DNA of 64,000 nucleotides from Longimicrobiales bacterium (GCA_965248195.1 CBDFIQ010000002.1:448001-512000), one strand, 5' to 3'. Counted from the stretch's first letter, positions 39,340 to 49,876 are shown. A program made the numbers and translations. Notes: generated by a model not told the origin, from the letters alone.

Positions 39340-40214
39340 ATGTATGTCCGGACGCTGATCCGATGGGCCGCGGCACTGATGACGTTGGTGGCCGGGGTCG
39401 CACACTTGCCGGCGCAGAGATTGGTCCTGCACGTGGGACCCTCCTCATCGCTGGTGGTGGAGATACGTCAGGAGCCATTTTCCAGCGTTTCATCGAGTTG
39501 GCGGGAGGGCCGGCTGCGATTATCGTCGTCATTCCGACCGCCGGTGGAGCGGAGTCCTACGACGAGTCCCACGGGATGGTCCGCAGGTTCAAGGAGGCCG
39601 GAGCCGCCGGCGTCAGGGTCCTGCACACCCGCGACCGCCGCACCGCTGACTCCGACGCTTTCGTGCGGCCTCTCAGGGATGCGACCGCGGTTTGGATCAC
39701 CGGCGGTAGTTCGGGACTCCTGGGCGACATCTACGTCGGAACGGAGGTCCAACGCGAGCTCGTAGGAGTTTTGGAGCGAGGCGGCGTGGTGGCTGGATCG
39801 TCCGCCGGGGGGAATATCCAGGGGACCTACCTCGCGCACGGCGATGCCCGGTTGAACACCCTCGAGGACGTTGTCGGGAAGATGCGTGACGGATTCGCTC
39901 TCCTCCGCAAAGACGTGGTCATGGACCAGCACCTGCTGCGGCGCAACAGGCAGTTCGATCTCATTCGTATCATCGAGGCGCAGCCGGAACTGCTCGGGAT
40001 CGGCATCGATGAGGCGACCGCCATCGTGGTGCAGGGCGACGACTTCGAAGTGATCGGCGCCAGCTATGTGGCCATCTATGACCACAACAGCACCGTTGAG
40101 GGCGGCGGTGAGTTCTACTTCCTGGCGCCGGGCGACCACTTCAACCTGAGAACGAGGGTGGCGACTCGGGAGGTCAGGACTCGACAGCGGCTCGATCGAA
40201 TTCGGGACCGGTGA
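39340..40214 (+). pseudogene. Second cyanophycinase-like S51 peptidase with a 1-nt frameshift after the signal peptide
   Basis: ATG 39340 with GGAGG RBS encodes a signal peptide to LPAQ; the catalytic frame (EIGPARG...GSSAGG, DQH..RRNR) is offset; one G is missing in gcgcag[g]agatt relative to the paralog AQEIGPARG. Confidence 0.8.
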
Positions 40215-40348
40215 AAACCTTTCGGAGGTTGGAGCAACCTGCGGCGAGCCGGTCACGGGCTCAACAGCGACCCTCCGCCGCGTGTCCTCGTTGTGTACCC
40301 GTCTGCGCTTGTCGGCGCGGATGCTTCACCCCGACGGAGCTAACCTGA

Positions 40349-42694
40349 ATGCGGCGTTCGGCACTGCCTGCAATCGTCTCGACAGTCGCGCTTCTCTCGG
40401 CTGTGCCCAGCTTGTCGGTGCTTGGCCAACAGGCCGATCGCAACGACGAGAACAGCGCAGTCCCCGAAGTCCTCGCGGCGCCTGTGGTGCTCGAGGCCCA
40501 CGCCTTCACAGGGGACATCGACATCGACCTCGACGGTCGAATCGATGAGGCCGTGTGGGCGACCGCCACTCCGATCACCGACTTCACACAACAAGAGCCG
40601 GTCGAGGGCGACGAGCCGTCGGAACGAACGGAGATCCGTGTCGTGTTCGACGAAGACAACTTGTACATCGGCGCGATCCTTTACGACGACCCCGACGGTG
40701 TGCTGGCGTTTCAGCGTGAGAGGGACGCCTCCTTGGGCACCGACGACCGCTTCATGTGGATCCTGGACACCTTCCTCGACGGGCGCACCGGCTACTTCTT
40801 CGAGATCAACGCTGCCGGGCTCATGGGTGACGGGATCATCAGCGGCGGCGGCGGCGGCCGCGGTGGGTTCGGCGGTGGCGGTGGCGGGTTCGGTGGTGGC
40901 TCGAGCAAGGCGTGGGACGGCATCTGGGAGGTCCGGACGGCCATGCGACCGGACGGCTGGTCGGCGGAGATCCAGATCCCTTTCCGCACGCTGAACTTCG
41001 ACCCCAACCAGAGCGAATGGGGCATCAATTTCCAACGCACCATCCGGCGCAAGAACGAGGAAATCCTCTGGAGGGGGTATCGCCGCAGCGAAGGACTTCG
41101 CAGCCCCGTCTACGCAGGTCGCCTGACGGGCCTTCAGAACATGTCGCAAGGCATCGGGCTCGAGGCACGGCCGTCCACGGTCGCGAACTGGCGGAACGTC
41201 CCGGCTGACCCTGTCCGGACCACGTACCCGACCGATGTCAGCCTCGACGTCAACTACAGTGTGACCTCGAGCCTGCGCGCATCGGTCAGCGCCAACACCG
41301 ACTTCGCCGAGCTCGAAAGTGATCAGCGTCGCGTCAACCTGACTCGCTTCCCGCTGCGCTTTCCCGAGCGCCGCGACTTTTTCCTAGAGGGCTCGGGCGT
41401 CTTTTCGTTCGCACCTCGGAGTGGCCCGTCGCCGTTCTACTCGAGGAACATCGGCATCCGCGATGGCCAGCAGGTTCCCATCAAGTACGGGACGCGTCTG
41501 ACCGGGCAGGTCGATGCCTTCGAAGTCGGGTTCTACCAGATCGGCACGGGAAACCACACGTACCTCGACAGCGACGAGATCGAGGCGACGATCCCGAGTG
41601 AGGATTTTACCGTCGCACGGGTGAAACGTACGTTCCTCGAGCAGTCGGCGATCGGCGCGATCTACACGCGGCGTGACGGATTGCTTGACGACGGCGGCCT
41701 CGACATCGGCGCTCAGCACACGGCCGGCGTCGACCTGGACTTCTCCACGCGCCACTTCCTGGGCAACAAGAACCTCTCGATCGAGGCTTACGTCGCCTGG
41801 AACTCCAATCCCGATCCGATCGAAATCCCGAACCTGGCACTCGGCGACCTCACGTCGCGCGGGGGCCGGGTGAACTTTCCGAACGACATCTGGACAGGGC
41901 ACGTTTCTTACCGGGAGTTCGGAGACACCTACGACCCGTCGCTCGGCTTCGTGACGCGCAACGATTTTCGGCGACTAGAGAATCGCCTGGGGTGGAGCCC
42001 ACGCACGCCCGGGATCTCGTGGCTTCGCCGGCTCGACTTCTCCGGTCAGGTTCGCTTTCAAGAGCAGATGAGCACGGGGATCCTCGAAGAGCGCGAGATC
42101 CAGTTCCGACCGCTCGGCCTGAACTTCGAAAGCGGAGACGACATTGACATCACCGTGACCAACATCAGCGAGTACCTCGACTTCCAGTTCGAGCCCAGTG
42201 ACGGGATCATCGTGGAGCCGGGACGCTACCGTACCTGGGAGTATCGGGTCTTCGGACACACATCGGGACGTCGTCGTGTCTCCCTCTTCGGGGGCGTAAC
42301 TCGAGGCGGTTTCTGGGATGGTGACCGACAGCGAGTCAACGCGCGCATCACCTTCCGGCCCAGGCCGGGGATAAACATCTCGACGAATTTCGAGCGGAAC
42401 GACGTCTCGATGCCCACGGGGGACTTCACCACGGCGGCATACGAACTGGGAGCCGAATGGCATCCCAGCCCGTGGATCAGCTTCACGAACCAGCTGCAGT
42501 ACGACGACCAGAGTGAGCTGCTCGGCCTGTTCTCGAGGGTGCGCTGGATTGTGAAGCCGGGCAACGACGTGTACTTCGTCTACACGCACAACTGGCAGTA
42601 CGAGTACCTCGATCCGCTGGATCCCGACACTCGTGGTCTGCAAAGGTTTTCACGCGGGGCGTCGATCAAGGTGAACTACACATACCGGTTCTAG
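40349..42694 (+). CDS. DUF5916 / CBM9-like domain outer-membrane protein
   Basis: LDGRIDEAVW, GWSAEIQIPFRTL, WGINFQR, NTDFAELESD, FPERRDFFLE; terminal YRF. Confidence 0.88.
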   Translation: MRRSALPAIVSTVALLSAVPSLSVLGQQADRNDENSAVPEVLAAPVVLEAHAFTGDIDIDLDGRIDEAVWATATPITDFTQQEPVEGDEPSERTEIRVVFDEDNLYIGAILYDDPDGVLAFQRERDASLGTDDRFMWILDTFLDGRTGYFFEINAAGLMGDGIISGGGGGRGGFGGGGGGFGGGSSKAWDGIWEVRTAMRPDGWSAEIQIPFRTLNFDPNQSEWGINFQRTIRRKNEEILWRGYRRSEGLRSPVYAGRLTGLQNMSQGIGLEARPSTVANWRNVPADPVRTTYPTDVSLDVNYSVTSSLRASVSANTDFAELESDQRRVNLTRFPLRFPERRDFFLEGSGVFSFAPRSGPSPFYSRNIGIRDGQQVPIKYGTRLTGQVDAFEVGFYQIGTGNHTYLDSDEIEATIPSEDFTVARVKRTFLEQSAIGAIYTRRDGLLDDGGLDIGAQHTAGVDLDFSTRHFLGNKNLSIEAYVAWNSNPDPIEIPNLALGDLTSRGGRVNFPNDIWTGHVSYREFGDTYDPSLGFVTRNDFRRLENRLGWSPRTPGISWLRRLDFSGQVRFQEQMSTGILEEREIQFRPLGLNFESGDDIDITVTNISEYLDFQFEPSDGIIVEPGRYRTWEYRVFGHTSGRRRVSLFGGVTRGGFWDGDRQRVNARITFRPRPGINISTNFERNDVSMPTGDFTTAAYELGAEWHPSPWISFTNQLQYDDQSELLGLFSRVRWIVKPGNDVYFVYTHNWQYEYLDPLDPDTRGLQRFSRGASIKVNYTYRF

Positions 42695-42720
42695 GTCACG
42701 AACTGCATAAGGAACAACGA

Positions 42721-43671
42721 ATGGTATCTCGACGCGACTGGCTCCGAATCACCGCCGGCGCCGGCGCCGCGCTCGGCCTGAATCCCCGAGTCCTGGAGGC
42801 GATACAGAGCCAGGAGATCATCACCCGAGCGATCCCCTCTACCGGAGAGCGGCTCCCGGCGGTCGGCCTGGGCGGCGCCAACACCTTCTCGCGGGTCGCG
42901 CGCCGCGAGGACTTCGACACGGTCGGAGGGGTCCTGCGGGCTCTCCTGGGCGGGGGTGGCAGTGTATTCGATACCGCGGCGGGCTACGGCGCCTCCGAAG
43001 AGGTATCGGGCCGGGTCGCAGAAGAGCTCCGGATCGCCGAGGGGATTTTCTGGGCGACCAAGGTCAACGTGGCCGGCCGGGGCGGCGGACCGGCCGATCC
43101 CGCCGCGGCCCTGGCGCAGATCGAGCGCTCCTTCGAGCGCCTCCGTATTCCCGTGATCGACCTGATCCAGGTACACAACATGGGTGATCCGCCGACGCAG
43201 CTCGGAATTCTGGAAGAGCTCAAGACGACGGGGCGGATTCGCTACCTCGGGATCACGACCACGAACGGAAGGCAATATCCCACGCTCGCGGATGTCATGC
43301 GCAACGAGCCGATCGACTTCATCGGCATCGATTACGCCGTTGACAACCGGATCGCCGAAGACGTGATCCTTCCGCTGGCGCAGGAGCGCCGGATCGGCGT
43401 TATCGTGTACTTGCCGTTCGGACGGAGCCGGATGTGGCGGCGGATCGGCGACCGCCCGCTACCGGATTGGGCGGCCGAGTTCGACGCGCACACCTGGGCG
43501 CAGTTCATGCTCAAGTTCGTCGTCGCCCACCCAGCGGTCACCGTGGCGACCCCGGGCACCAGCGACCCGGAGCACATGGCGGACAACCTCGCCGGCGGGA
43601 GGGGGCGGCTCCCCGACGCGCAGCAACTCACGCGGATGATCGAGCTGGTGGAGAGCCTGCCGAGCGCCTAG
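42721..43671 (+). CDS. Aldo/keto reductase with Tat signal
   Basis: SRRDWL; DTAAGYG, ATKV, IDLIQVHN, GRIRYLG. Confidence 0.93.
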   Translation: MVSRRDWLRITAGAGAALGLNPRVLEAIQSQEIITRAIPSTGERLPAVGLGGANTFSRVARREDFDTVGGVLRALLGGGGSVFDTAAGYGASEEVSGRVAEELRIAEGIFWATKVNVAGRGGGPADPAAALAQIERSFERLRIPVIDLIQVHNMGDPPTQLGILEELKTTGRIRYLGITTTNGRQYPTLADVMRNEPIDFIGIDYAVDNRIAEDVILPLAQERRIGVIVYLPFGRSRMWRRIGDRPLPDWAAEFDAHTWAQFMLKFVVAHPAVTVATPGTSDPEHMADNLAGGRGRLPDAQQLTRMIELVESLPSA

Positions 43672-43672
43672 T

Positions 43673-43729
43673 GGCCCACTGTTCCAAGAGTAACCCCCGC
43701 AAGGCTTTACGGCCTTCGGGGGTTACTCT
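43673..43729 (+). repeat. att-like remnant D: tRNA-end GGCCCACT plus long hairpin (possible terminator)
   Basis: ggcccactgtt matches site B; ccccgcaaggctttacgg matches site A (1270-1287); stem gagtaaccccc / gggggttactc. Confidence 0.6.
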
Positions 43730-43738
43730 CGGACGAAG

Positions 43739-44016
43739 GGACAGTGGAAGCGCGGACGGAGCACCTACCGGGAACTGCATGCTCGGGGTCTCCCCGACTG
43801 GCTGACCCGAAAAGGAGCCGGACGCGGCGGACGCTGGTGGTGGGCGGCGGGTCTTGGGGCGATGCATACCGCTCTGCGGGGAATTACTTCGAGCGGCTCG
43901 GAGTGCCCCGGCTTGCTGCACCGACCTCAACTCACTGAACCGCCGGATGCGGACCCGCATGTCCGGTGGTGTGGGAGGGGAGTAACCGGGGAGTCCCGGC
44001 TACCCCCTATCCCGAT
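43739..44016 (+). mobile_element. 5'-truncated group IIC intron (maturase C-terminus, domain V, domain VI)
   Basis: QWKRGRSTYRELHARGLPDWL...MHTAL/NYFERLGVPRL (frameshifted); DV gaaccgccggatgcggacccgcatgtccggtggt with CGC triad; DVI ending ctatcccgat. Confidence 0.9.
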
Positions 44017-44091
44017 TTCTCTAGGTTAGACGAAATGAATCGGCCGCGCAGGCGAATTCGCCTGCGGGCGGCATCGCGAGGGGGAAGGCGC

Positions 44092-44943
44092 TCACCGGGG
44101 CGTCAGGAAGACAAGGGTGCCGAGAAGCCCGAGGGTTGCCAAGAGCTTTCGCCAGGAGAAGGGCTCTCCTTCGACGCTTCCCAGTTCCCTTGTCCACACC
44201 AAAATGGTTCCACAGCTCAAGCTCAGGTACTGTACCGGTGCCGAGGAACCGTGATAAACTTCAACCGCCTCCACCTCTCCGACCGTCAGCAGTTCGTCCA
44301 GGGCAATTGGAGACCCGAGGGGAACGCCGTCCAACACGATCCGGGGAACACAGCCATCCCGCAAGCGTACACGCGCAGGCCGTCCGGGTCTTGGTGATAG
44401 CACGCGAGTTCCTGGGATTCCGTAAAACAGGTCGGAGAGCCGCGAGGGGCCACGCGCCTCGATTTCTTCCCGCGTAAAGGAGTGGCCCAGACCGATCTCT
44501 CGACGGTCGAAGAAGCCTTCCCGCTCCAGACGACTCTGCCGGGTGGAAGTCACCACGATGGGGTCAAGCTGGAGTGCAGCAGGAACGAGCTCGACTCGCA
44601 GTTCAACCACACCGTCGGTGGTGAACATGACCGGCTGGGAGACAGAGGCGAAACTCAAGGCACTGATTCGAAGCAGGTAAGCCCCTTGAGGGATACGACC
44701 GGTTACGAACTGTCCGTTCGAACCTGAGCTGCCCTCCCACGTCAGAAGCTCATCACCACCGGCCAGGCCGAAGGTGATCCGGGCGTTCTCGATGGCTCTT
44801 CCGGTTGTCTGATCTCCCACCCGTCCGGTGACGACCACCTGACGGTCAGCCTTTCGCACATCGGACAGATCCTGACCCTGTAGAGGCACAAAGGAAATAG
44901 AAACGAAGAGGAAGAGGAGACTCGTCAGATTGCAGATCCTCAT
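44092..44943 (-). CDS. Carboxypeptidase-regulatory-like domain plus TonB plug-like domain protein, no barrel
   Basis: VTGRVGD..TG..I..A, LDPIVVT, GFFDRR..GLG, VEAVEVY, CGTILVWTR. Confidence 0.8.
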   Translation of the reverse strand: MRICNLTSLLFLFVSISFVPLQGQDLSDVRKADRQVVVTGRVGDQTTGRAIENARITFGLAGGDELLTWEGSSGSNGQFVTGRIPQGAYLLRISALSFASVSQPVMFTTDGVVELRVELVPAALQLDPIVVTSTRQSRLEREGFFDRREIGLGHSFTREEIEARGPSRLSDLFYGIPGTRVLSPRPGRPARVRLRDGCVPRIVLDGVPLGSPIALDELLTVGEVEAVEVYHGSSAPVQYLSLSCGTILVWTRELGSVEGEPFSWRKLLATLGLLGTLVFLTPR

Positions 44944-45133
44944 CTGGCACCTCAAGCAAATTGCGAGAGGACCATCACCAGCCAGAAAGGGCGGCCATTG
45001 GAGTTGCTAGGACGGCCCGTACAATGTTACACAGAACGAATCGGAAGAGTTCCGACAGGCGGCCCACCCGTTCGCCAGCTTGAACCCGGCAGGCATACCT
45101 GGGCGACAATCACGCTGGCGTCTTTGGCGCATG

Positions 45134-45760
45134 TTACCTAACGATCAAGAAGAATCCCATCGAAATCGACACGGGGGACGATTCGAATCCCACCGCAAAG
45201 CCGACCGGCTCGCTTGTCCGTAGAAGGGCTATGATCACGACATTGCCTGACCAGCCAGAAGCCTCGAGGTCGTCCACGAAGTAAAAACCGCGGTCGGTCA
45301 GACGATCGTCGGTCGGGTCGGCGTATTCTTGGATCACCGTCCTGCGAGCGGCTCCCCCTCCGACGATGACCCCGAAATCGGGGCTGATCGCCCGCATCAC
45401 ACCCAGATTAAGGAAGACCCACTCGTCCCTGGTTCCCACCTCCCGTCGTCTCCGTGGCGGAAACTGCGACTCGACGAGTGCCACCGTGAGATCCCTCTGG
45501 TAGTCCCGATCGTTCCTTCGAGAATAGTGTGTAGCCTTCGCGTCCGCGTAGAGCCCCCAGGGGGTCTCACCAAGGACATGGAAAGCTCCCGCTCCCAGCA
45601 GGGCGTCTGGAACGACGAAGGCCCAGCCCACCCCGGTGCGCATGCTGAACGCGGGCACATCGCCACCGTTGGGCTGGGCACCGGCCGCAGCTGGACCGAC
45701 GAGAATAGGTGCACAGAGAACAAAAGGTGGGAGGACGAATCGAAGTCCACGGCGCCACAT
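45134..45760 (-). CDS. Hypothetical secreted or outer-membrane beta protein
   Basis: Signal peptide, alternating beta strands. Confidence 0.6.
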   Translation of the reverse strand: MWRRGLRFVLPPFVLCAPILVGPAAAGAQPNGGDVPAFSMRTGVGWAFVVPDALLGAGAFHVLGETPWGLYADAKATHYSRRNDRDYQRDLTVALVESQFPPRRRREVGTRDEWVFLNLGVMRAISPDFGVIVGGGAARRTVIQEYADPTDDRLTDRGFYFVDDLEASGWSGNVVIIALLRTSEPVGFAVGFESSPVSISMGFFLIVR

Positions 45761-45870
45761 CGTTTTCCTGCCCCTCGTGGCTTAGTCTTGGGGTCGGCTG
45801 TCTTGCGAAGGAACTTGCGCGCTCGGATTACGGGTCAGTGAATCGGTATCCTCGAGATCACTGAAACGGA

Positions 45871-46389
45871 TCACCTGACCGGCCTCAATCCGAATCGGAC
45901 GAGGATGGCCCCCTCTACCGCCCGGCCGTTTTCCAAGCCGGGAATCAGGGCGGCCGCCTCGGGCCCGTTCATGTATCGGATATCCTGAACGTTCTCCTTA
46001 TTTAGCCACCGAAGCTCACCCGCCGGACCCAAGTACATTCCATCCTGAACCACTGCGATCTCTGTACGCATGTTCACGCTGCGAGCGCTGCGAATGCGAA
46101 GCCACAGGGGGCGCAGCATCTGTACGGCTTCGTAAAGGTTTCTGGATGGGATGGTCGCCAATTCCTCTCGGGTAATTACGTCACGATCGGAACTCCTGGT
46201 CGAGCCGGATGTACTCCCGGATGTGCCCGAGGATGCTGCGCACCCCAGAGCCGGCGCGCTCACCAGTAGGAACAGGATGAATGTACCTCTCGCAGGAAAG
46301 CGGGGGCCTCGGGCCGAATTCTCATAACGCCGCGGAAAAGCCACAAGTCCTCCTATTATGAAGTAGAACAACGATCGGATCCTCGGCAA
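45871..46389 (-). CDS. Plug-domain-like lipoprotein (start uncertain)
   Basis: ALGC lipobox; DVITREEL...NLYEAVQMLRP.WL...GAILV. Confidence 0.7.
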   Translation of the reverse strand: MPRIRSLFYFIIGGLVAFPRRYENSARGPRFPARGTFILFLLVSAPALGCAASSGTSGSTSGSTRSSDRDVITREELATIPSRNLYEAVQMLRPLWLRIRSARSVNMRTEIAVVQDGMYLGPAGELRWLNKENVQDIRYMNGPEAAALIPGLENGRAVEGAILVRFGLRPVR

Positions 46390-46408
46390 TCACCGGCACG
46401 CGCAAATT

Positions 46409-46639
46409 ATGGTACACGTTCGACGTTGGAAAGAGGGCAGTACCGTGCGCTCGATCTCCGAGCCTGGCCTTCGGCACACGGTAACGCCCACCGGCCATGG
46501 GGAGTTTGCGTCAGGCGAGGCGAATACGAGGGGAACGTTGATCCTGGAGCACAAGTTCTTGACGCCCGGCAGGTATGGTTACCCCTGTGAAGTACATTGG
46601 GCGCTCGGAATGCAAGGCACGATCTTTGTCACGCCTTAG
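46409..46639 (+). pseudogene. Cupredoxin (plastocyanin/azurin-like) fragment
   Basis: HTVT...PGRYGYPCEVHWALGMQGTIFV type-1 Cu motif; no signal peptide or N-terminus. Confidence 0.7.
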
Positions 46640-46785
46640 GCGGGAACGGCCAACTCCAAAGGTACTTGCTAGGACTGCATTCAGGTGCCATGCTTACCCC
46701 GCCCGGCAGCGACATGCCGGAATATTGTTACGTTTTCTTGTTTTGTGGATACGTTTCCCGCGGACCACCGTAAGGAGAGGGGATC

Positions 46786-47436
46786 ATGAAGCAGCGGGCC
46801 GTCAGAACCGTGGCAATCGCGTTGGCTGTTTCCGTATTACCGGCGGCTGGGTTGAGTGCGCAACAACTGTGGGATGCGGGCCTTCCAGGTGAGGATGTGG
46901 GCTTCGTTGCCATTCATTTTGGCGGAATCCTCCCCAATACGACCCTCCCCGACGGGGCTTCATGGGAAAACGGGGGTGCGCTTGGCGTGTCCGTCAACCT
47001 GTGGGTGAATCGTTACCTCGGGTTCCGTTTCGCGGGCTTGACAGGCGTCACCGAGGGCGTACATGGGGACGAATACTCCGCCGCGGCCGCGAATGCTGAT
47101 AGGGTGTATCTTTACAACGCAGAAGTGGCTCTGCGTTATCCGATCATGGGGGATCGGATCGCCCCATTCTTGTCTGGCGGCGTAGGTGGAAAGAGCTACC
47201 GTTGGAATTTCGGTTTGTATAACGGCGGTACGTCGCCAACGGTGACTGTGGCCGGTGGTGTTGACATTCGGCCGGAGGCGTTCGGTGTGTTTGGTTTGTT
47301 GCTGGAGGCAAGGTACTATCGCTCTGATTACCAGTGGCACGGCCTCTCCTGGCTGGGACCGCTTCCAGACTTCGATAGGGTTGCTCCGAGGGTGGAGGAC
47401 TTCGCCGTGACGGCTGGTGTGTCTGTTCACTTCTGA
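46786..47436 (+). CDS. Outer-membrane beta-barrel (OmpA-like TM domain)
   Basis: Signal peptide; PFLSGGVG; terminal AGVSVHF. Confidence 0.8.
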   Translation: MKQRAVRTVAIALAVSVLPAAGLSAQQLWDAGLPGEDVGFVAIHFGGILPNTTLPDGASWENGGALGVSVNLWVNRYLGFRFAGLTGVTEGVHGDEYSAAAANADRVYLYNAEVALRYPIMGDRIAPFLSGGVGGKSYRWNFGLYNGGTSPTVTVAGGVDIRPEAFGVFGLLLEARYYRSDYQWHGLSWLGPLPDFDRVAPRVEDFAVTAGVSVHF

Positions 47437-47646
47437 GCGTTTCGGCGTGTTCCTTCGGTTGTATGGAGCCCCCCCGGCTCCGGGACCACTTCTCCTCGTG
47501 GAGCGGGCTGATGGGATTCCAATGGCTTCGGTTCCGAGGGCCGACCGCCGGCACCTGCTTGGATCGGACGAGGGCCCGACATACACGAGGGTCTGAAGCA
47601 TCGCGTGCAGGTTGGGGGACCCGACTTCGCCACGAGGCTCAAAGGG

Positions 47647-47718
47647 TTCTACCGGGTGGCCTTCAGAAAGAAGATCTACGAAAGCCTCGAGGCGCTTCAG
47701 GAAGACCTGGACCGCTAC
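47647..47718 (+). pseudogene. IS481-like transposase remnant
   Basis: FYRVAFRKKIYESLEALQEDLDRY. Confidence 0.7.
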
Positions 47719-47721
47719 CCT

Positions 47722-47890
47722 TCGGCCCGTGGTGAGCGTGTCGAAGATTAAATCCAGGCTCCAGCACTCGTTCGGTTGGCCGAGCGGGTTACCCACCGGC
47801 CGTGATCCCTGGCTCCGGTGCCGTCGACCCTTCCGCCGCACCGCCAGTCCTTCCCCCCGATAGGGTCGCTGAACACGCTTCCGGCTTGCC
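47722..47890 (-). pseudogene. IS3-family transposase remnant
   Basis: RKRVQR.YR.EGLAVRRK...PNECWSLDLIFDTLTTGRR. Confidence 0.75.
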
Positions 47891-47981
47891 ATTGCCACCC
47901 ATATCTTCTGACGGTACGTTGCCTATCTACCGCCGCCTGGAGCCATGCCGACTAGCCCCAAGAAAGCATAAGGAGAACGTT

Positions 47982-49649
47982 ATGCGAACGGGTTTGAGGG
48001 TGAGTTGCTGCCTCCTGCTTGCTTTCAGCGCGCCCTCCTGCAGCACGCAGGGGTCCGCCACGAGCGAGCCACTGACGGGCACCGTGACCTCCGATGCGGA
48101 GGGGCTGATGGAGGGAGTGCTCGTGAGCGCCAAGAGGCTCGGCAGCACGATCACCGTGACCGTGGTGAGCAACGCGCAGGGACGCTATGCCTTTCCAGAG
48201 GGCAGGCTCGAACCCGGAGACTATCGGCTAAGCATCAGGGCCGCTGGCTACGACCTGGTAGACCCTGGTGCCGTCGCGATCAACGGGGGCGAGTCGACTG
48301 CAGTCGACCTTGAGCTCCAGCCTACTCAGGATCTGGCATCGCAGCTGATGAACGCCGAGTGGGTGATGAGCGTGCCCGGAACCTCTGAGGAGAAGGGTCG
48401 GCTCAGCGGCTGTGTGTCGTGTCATTCCTTGACGCCTGCGCTCACGACGACGTATGGCCCGCAGGAGTTCGCAGCGGTGCTCCGGCGCATGAGCGGGTAT
48501 TCCACGGGCTCGGGTCTGCTCCGGCCTACATTGTCGTACGCGAGGCGCATGGATCCTATCGGTACCGAGCCGGTCGACGAAGAGAGCGCTACCTTCGCCC
48601 GCGCCAGCTACCTGGCCTCCATCAACCTGAGCGAGCATCCCGATGGTGACCGGCCCTACGAGCTCCGGACGCTCCCTCGGCCTACGGGAAGGGCGACCCA
48701 GGTCATCATCACGGAGTACGATCTGCCCCGACCGGAGTTCCAGCCCCACGACGCCTCGGTAGACTCGGATGGGATGGTCTGGTTCGCGGACTTCGGGGAC
48801 AACGTAACTGCAAGGCTCGACCCACGAACGGGCGAGATCGAAGAATGGCGGTGGCCGGAGATCAGGCCGGGACATCCCCGAGGAACTCTGGACGTGGCCC
48901 TGGATAGTGAGGGAAACCCGTGGCAAGGCCTACTGAGGCAGGGTGGCATCCTCAAGTTCGACAAACGGACCGAGCAGTTCTCGATGTTCCCGGTCCCTCC
49001 CGAGCACCTAACGCTGGCGACGAACATCGGGCAGATCTCGCATTCCGCTGATGGCAACATGGTGTGGTTCAAGTCCAGTCCGGACCGTAAGGTCCATGGG
49101 CTCGATATCAGCGCTGGTCAGATCACCACGACCCACACCATTCCCCAGGATGTCTTCTATTACGGCATGAACGTAGACTCGAACGACATCCTGTATTTGC
49201 ACGGGATAGGGTCACACACGATCGGCGAGATGAATCTGAAGACTGGCGCATTCGTAGAGTATCCGACTCCCACCACTCCTTCGAGGCCGCGTCGTGGTGA
49301 CTCTGACGCCCGGAAGCGGCCCTGGTTCGCGTTCAACACCCCTCCCGGAGGGGTCGGTATGCTCGATCAGGAGACGAAGCAAATTTCGGAGTGGTGGTTC
49401 GACGTTCCGTACGACGAGCTGTACGACGTTACGGTGGATGAGAGAACCGGTGAGGTGTATGGGGGCGGCATGATGACCGATTACGTCTACCGACTAGATC
49501 CGGAAACTGGTGAGTATGTCAAGTACCTACTGCCCACTGTGAATGTGAACATTCGAAGGATGGACATGGATCAGACCACGACGCCCGTGAGCGTATGGAT
49601 TGGAGAAAACCATACCGCGAAGATCGCCAGGCTGGAGCCGCTCGATTAG
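47982..49649 (+). CDS. Carboxypeptidase-regulatory domain + c-type heme + Vgb-like beta-propeller protein
   Basis: EGVLVSAK..TVVSNAQGRY; CVSCH; ITEYDLPR...PHD; RPRR; AAGGAG RBS. Confidence 0.85.
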   Translation: MRTGLRVSCCLLLAFSAPSCSTQGSATSEPLTGTVTSDAEGLMEGVLVSAKRLGSTITVTVVSNAQGRYAFPEGRLEPGDYRLSIRAAGYDLVDPGAVAINGGESTAVDLELQPTQDLASQLMNAEWVMSVPGTSEEKGRLSGCVSCHSLTPALTTTYGPQEFAAVLRRMSGYSTGSGLLRPTLSYARRMDPIGTEPVDEESATFARASYLASINLSEHPDGDRPYELRTLPRPTGRATQVIITEYDLPRPEFQPHDASVDSDGMVWFADFGDNVTARLDPRTGEIEEWRWPEIRPGHPRGTLDVALDSEGNPWQGLLRQGGILKFDKRTEQFSMFPVPPEHLTLATNIGQISHSADGNMVWFKSSPDRKVHGLDISAGQITTTHTIPQDVFYYGMNVDSNDILYLHGIGSHTIGEMNLKTGAFVEYPTPTTPSRPRRGDSDARKRPWFAFNTPPGGVGMLDQETKQISEWWFDVPYDELYDVTVDERTGEVYGGGMMTDYVYRLDPETGEYVKYLLPTVNVNIRRMDMDQTTTPVSVWIGENHTAKIARLEPLD

Positions 49650-49876
49650 GGTTGGACTCGCGGGTCCGGTCCAGCCAGGCGCTCAAGGCATTCGAGGACC
49701 GAGAGAGTGATCTGATTCAGCGATTGCCAGCGTCACACGCGTTTCTGTTGGAGGGATTTGTCTTCGTCCTCGTCCTATCGACATTCGGCGACGTCACGAG
49801 CCTTCACTGAAGGCAAGCTCGATCTACCGGAAGGCATCGGGGGCGCTCTCCGGGAAAGCCCTCTCGGGAAAGCCCT

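Noticed and set aside
40843..40900. GGC/GGT microsatellite
   Set aside because: In-frame Gly-rich loop of the DUF5916 protein; not a phase-variation tract
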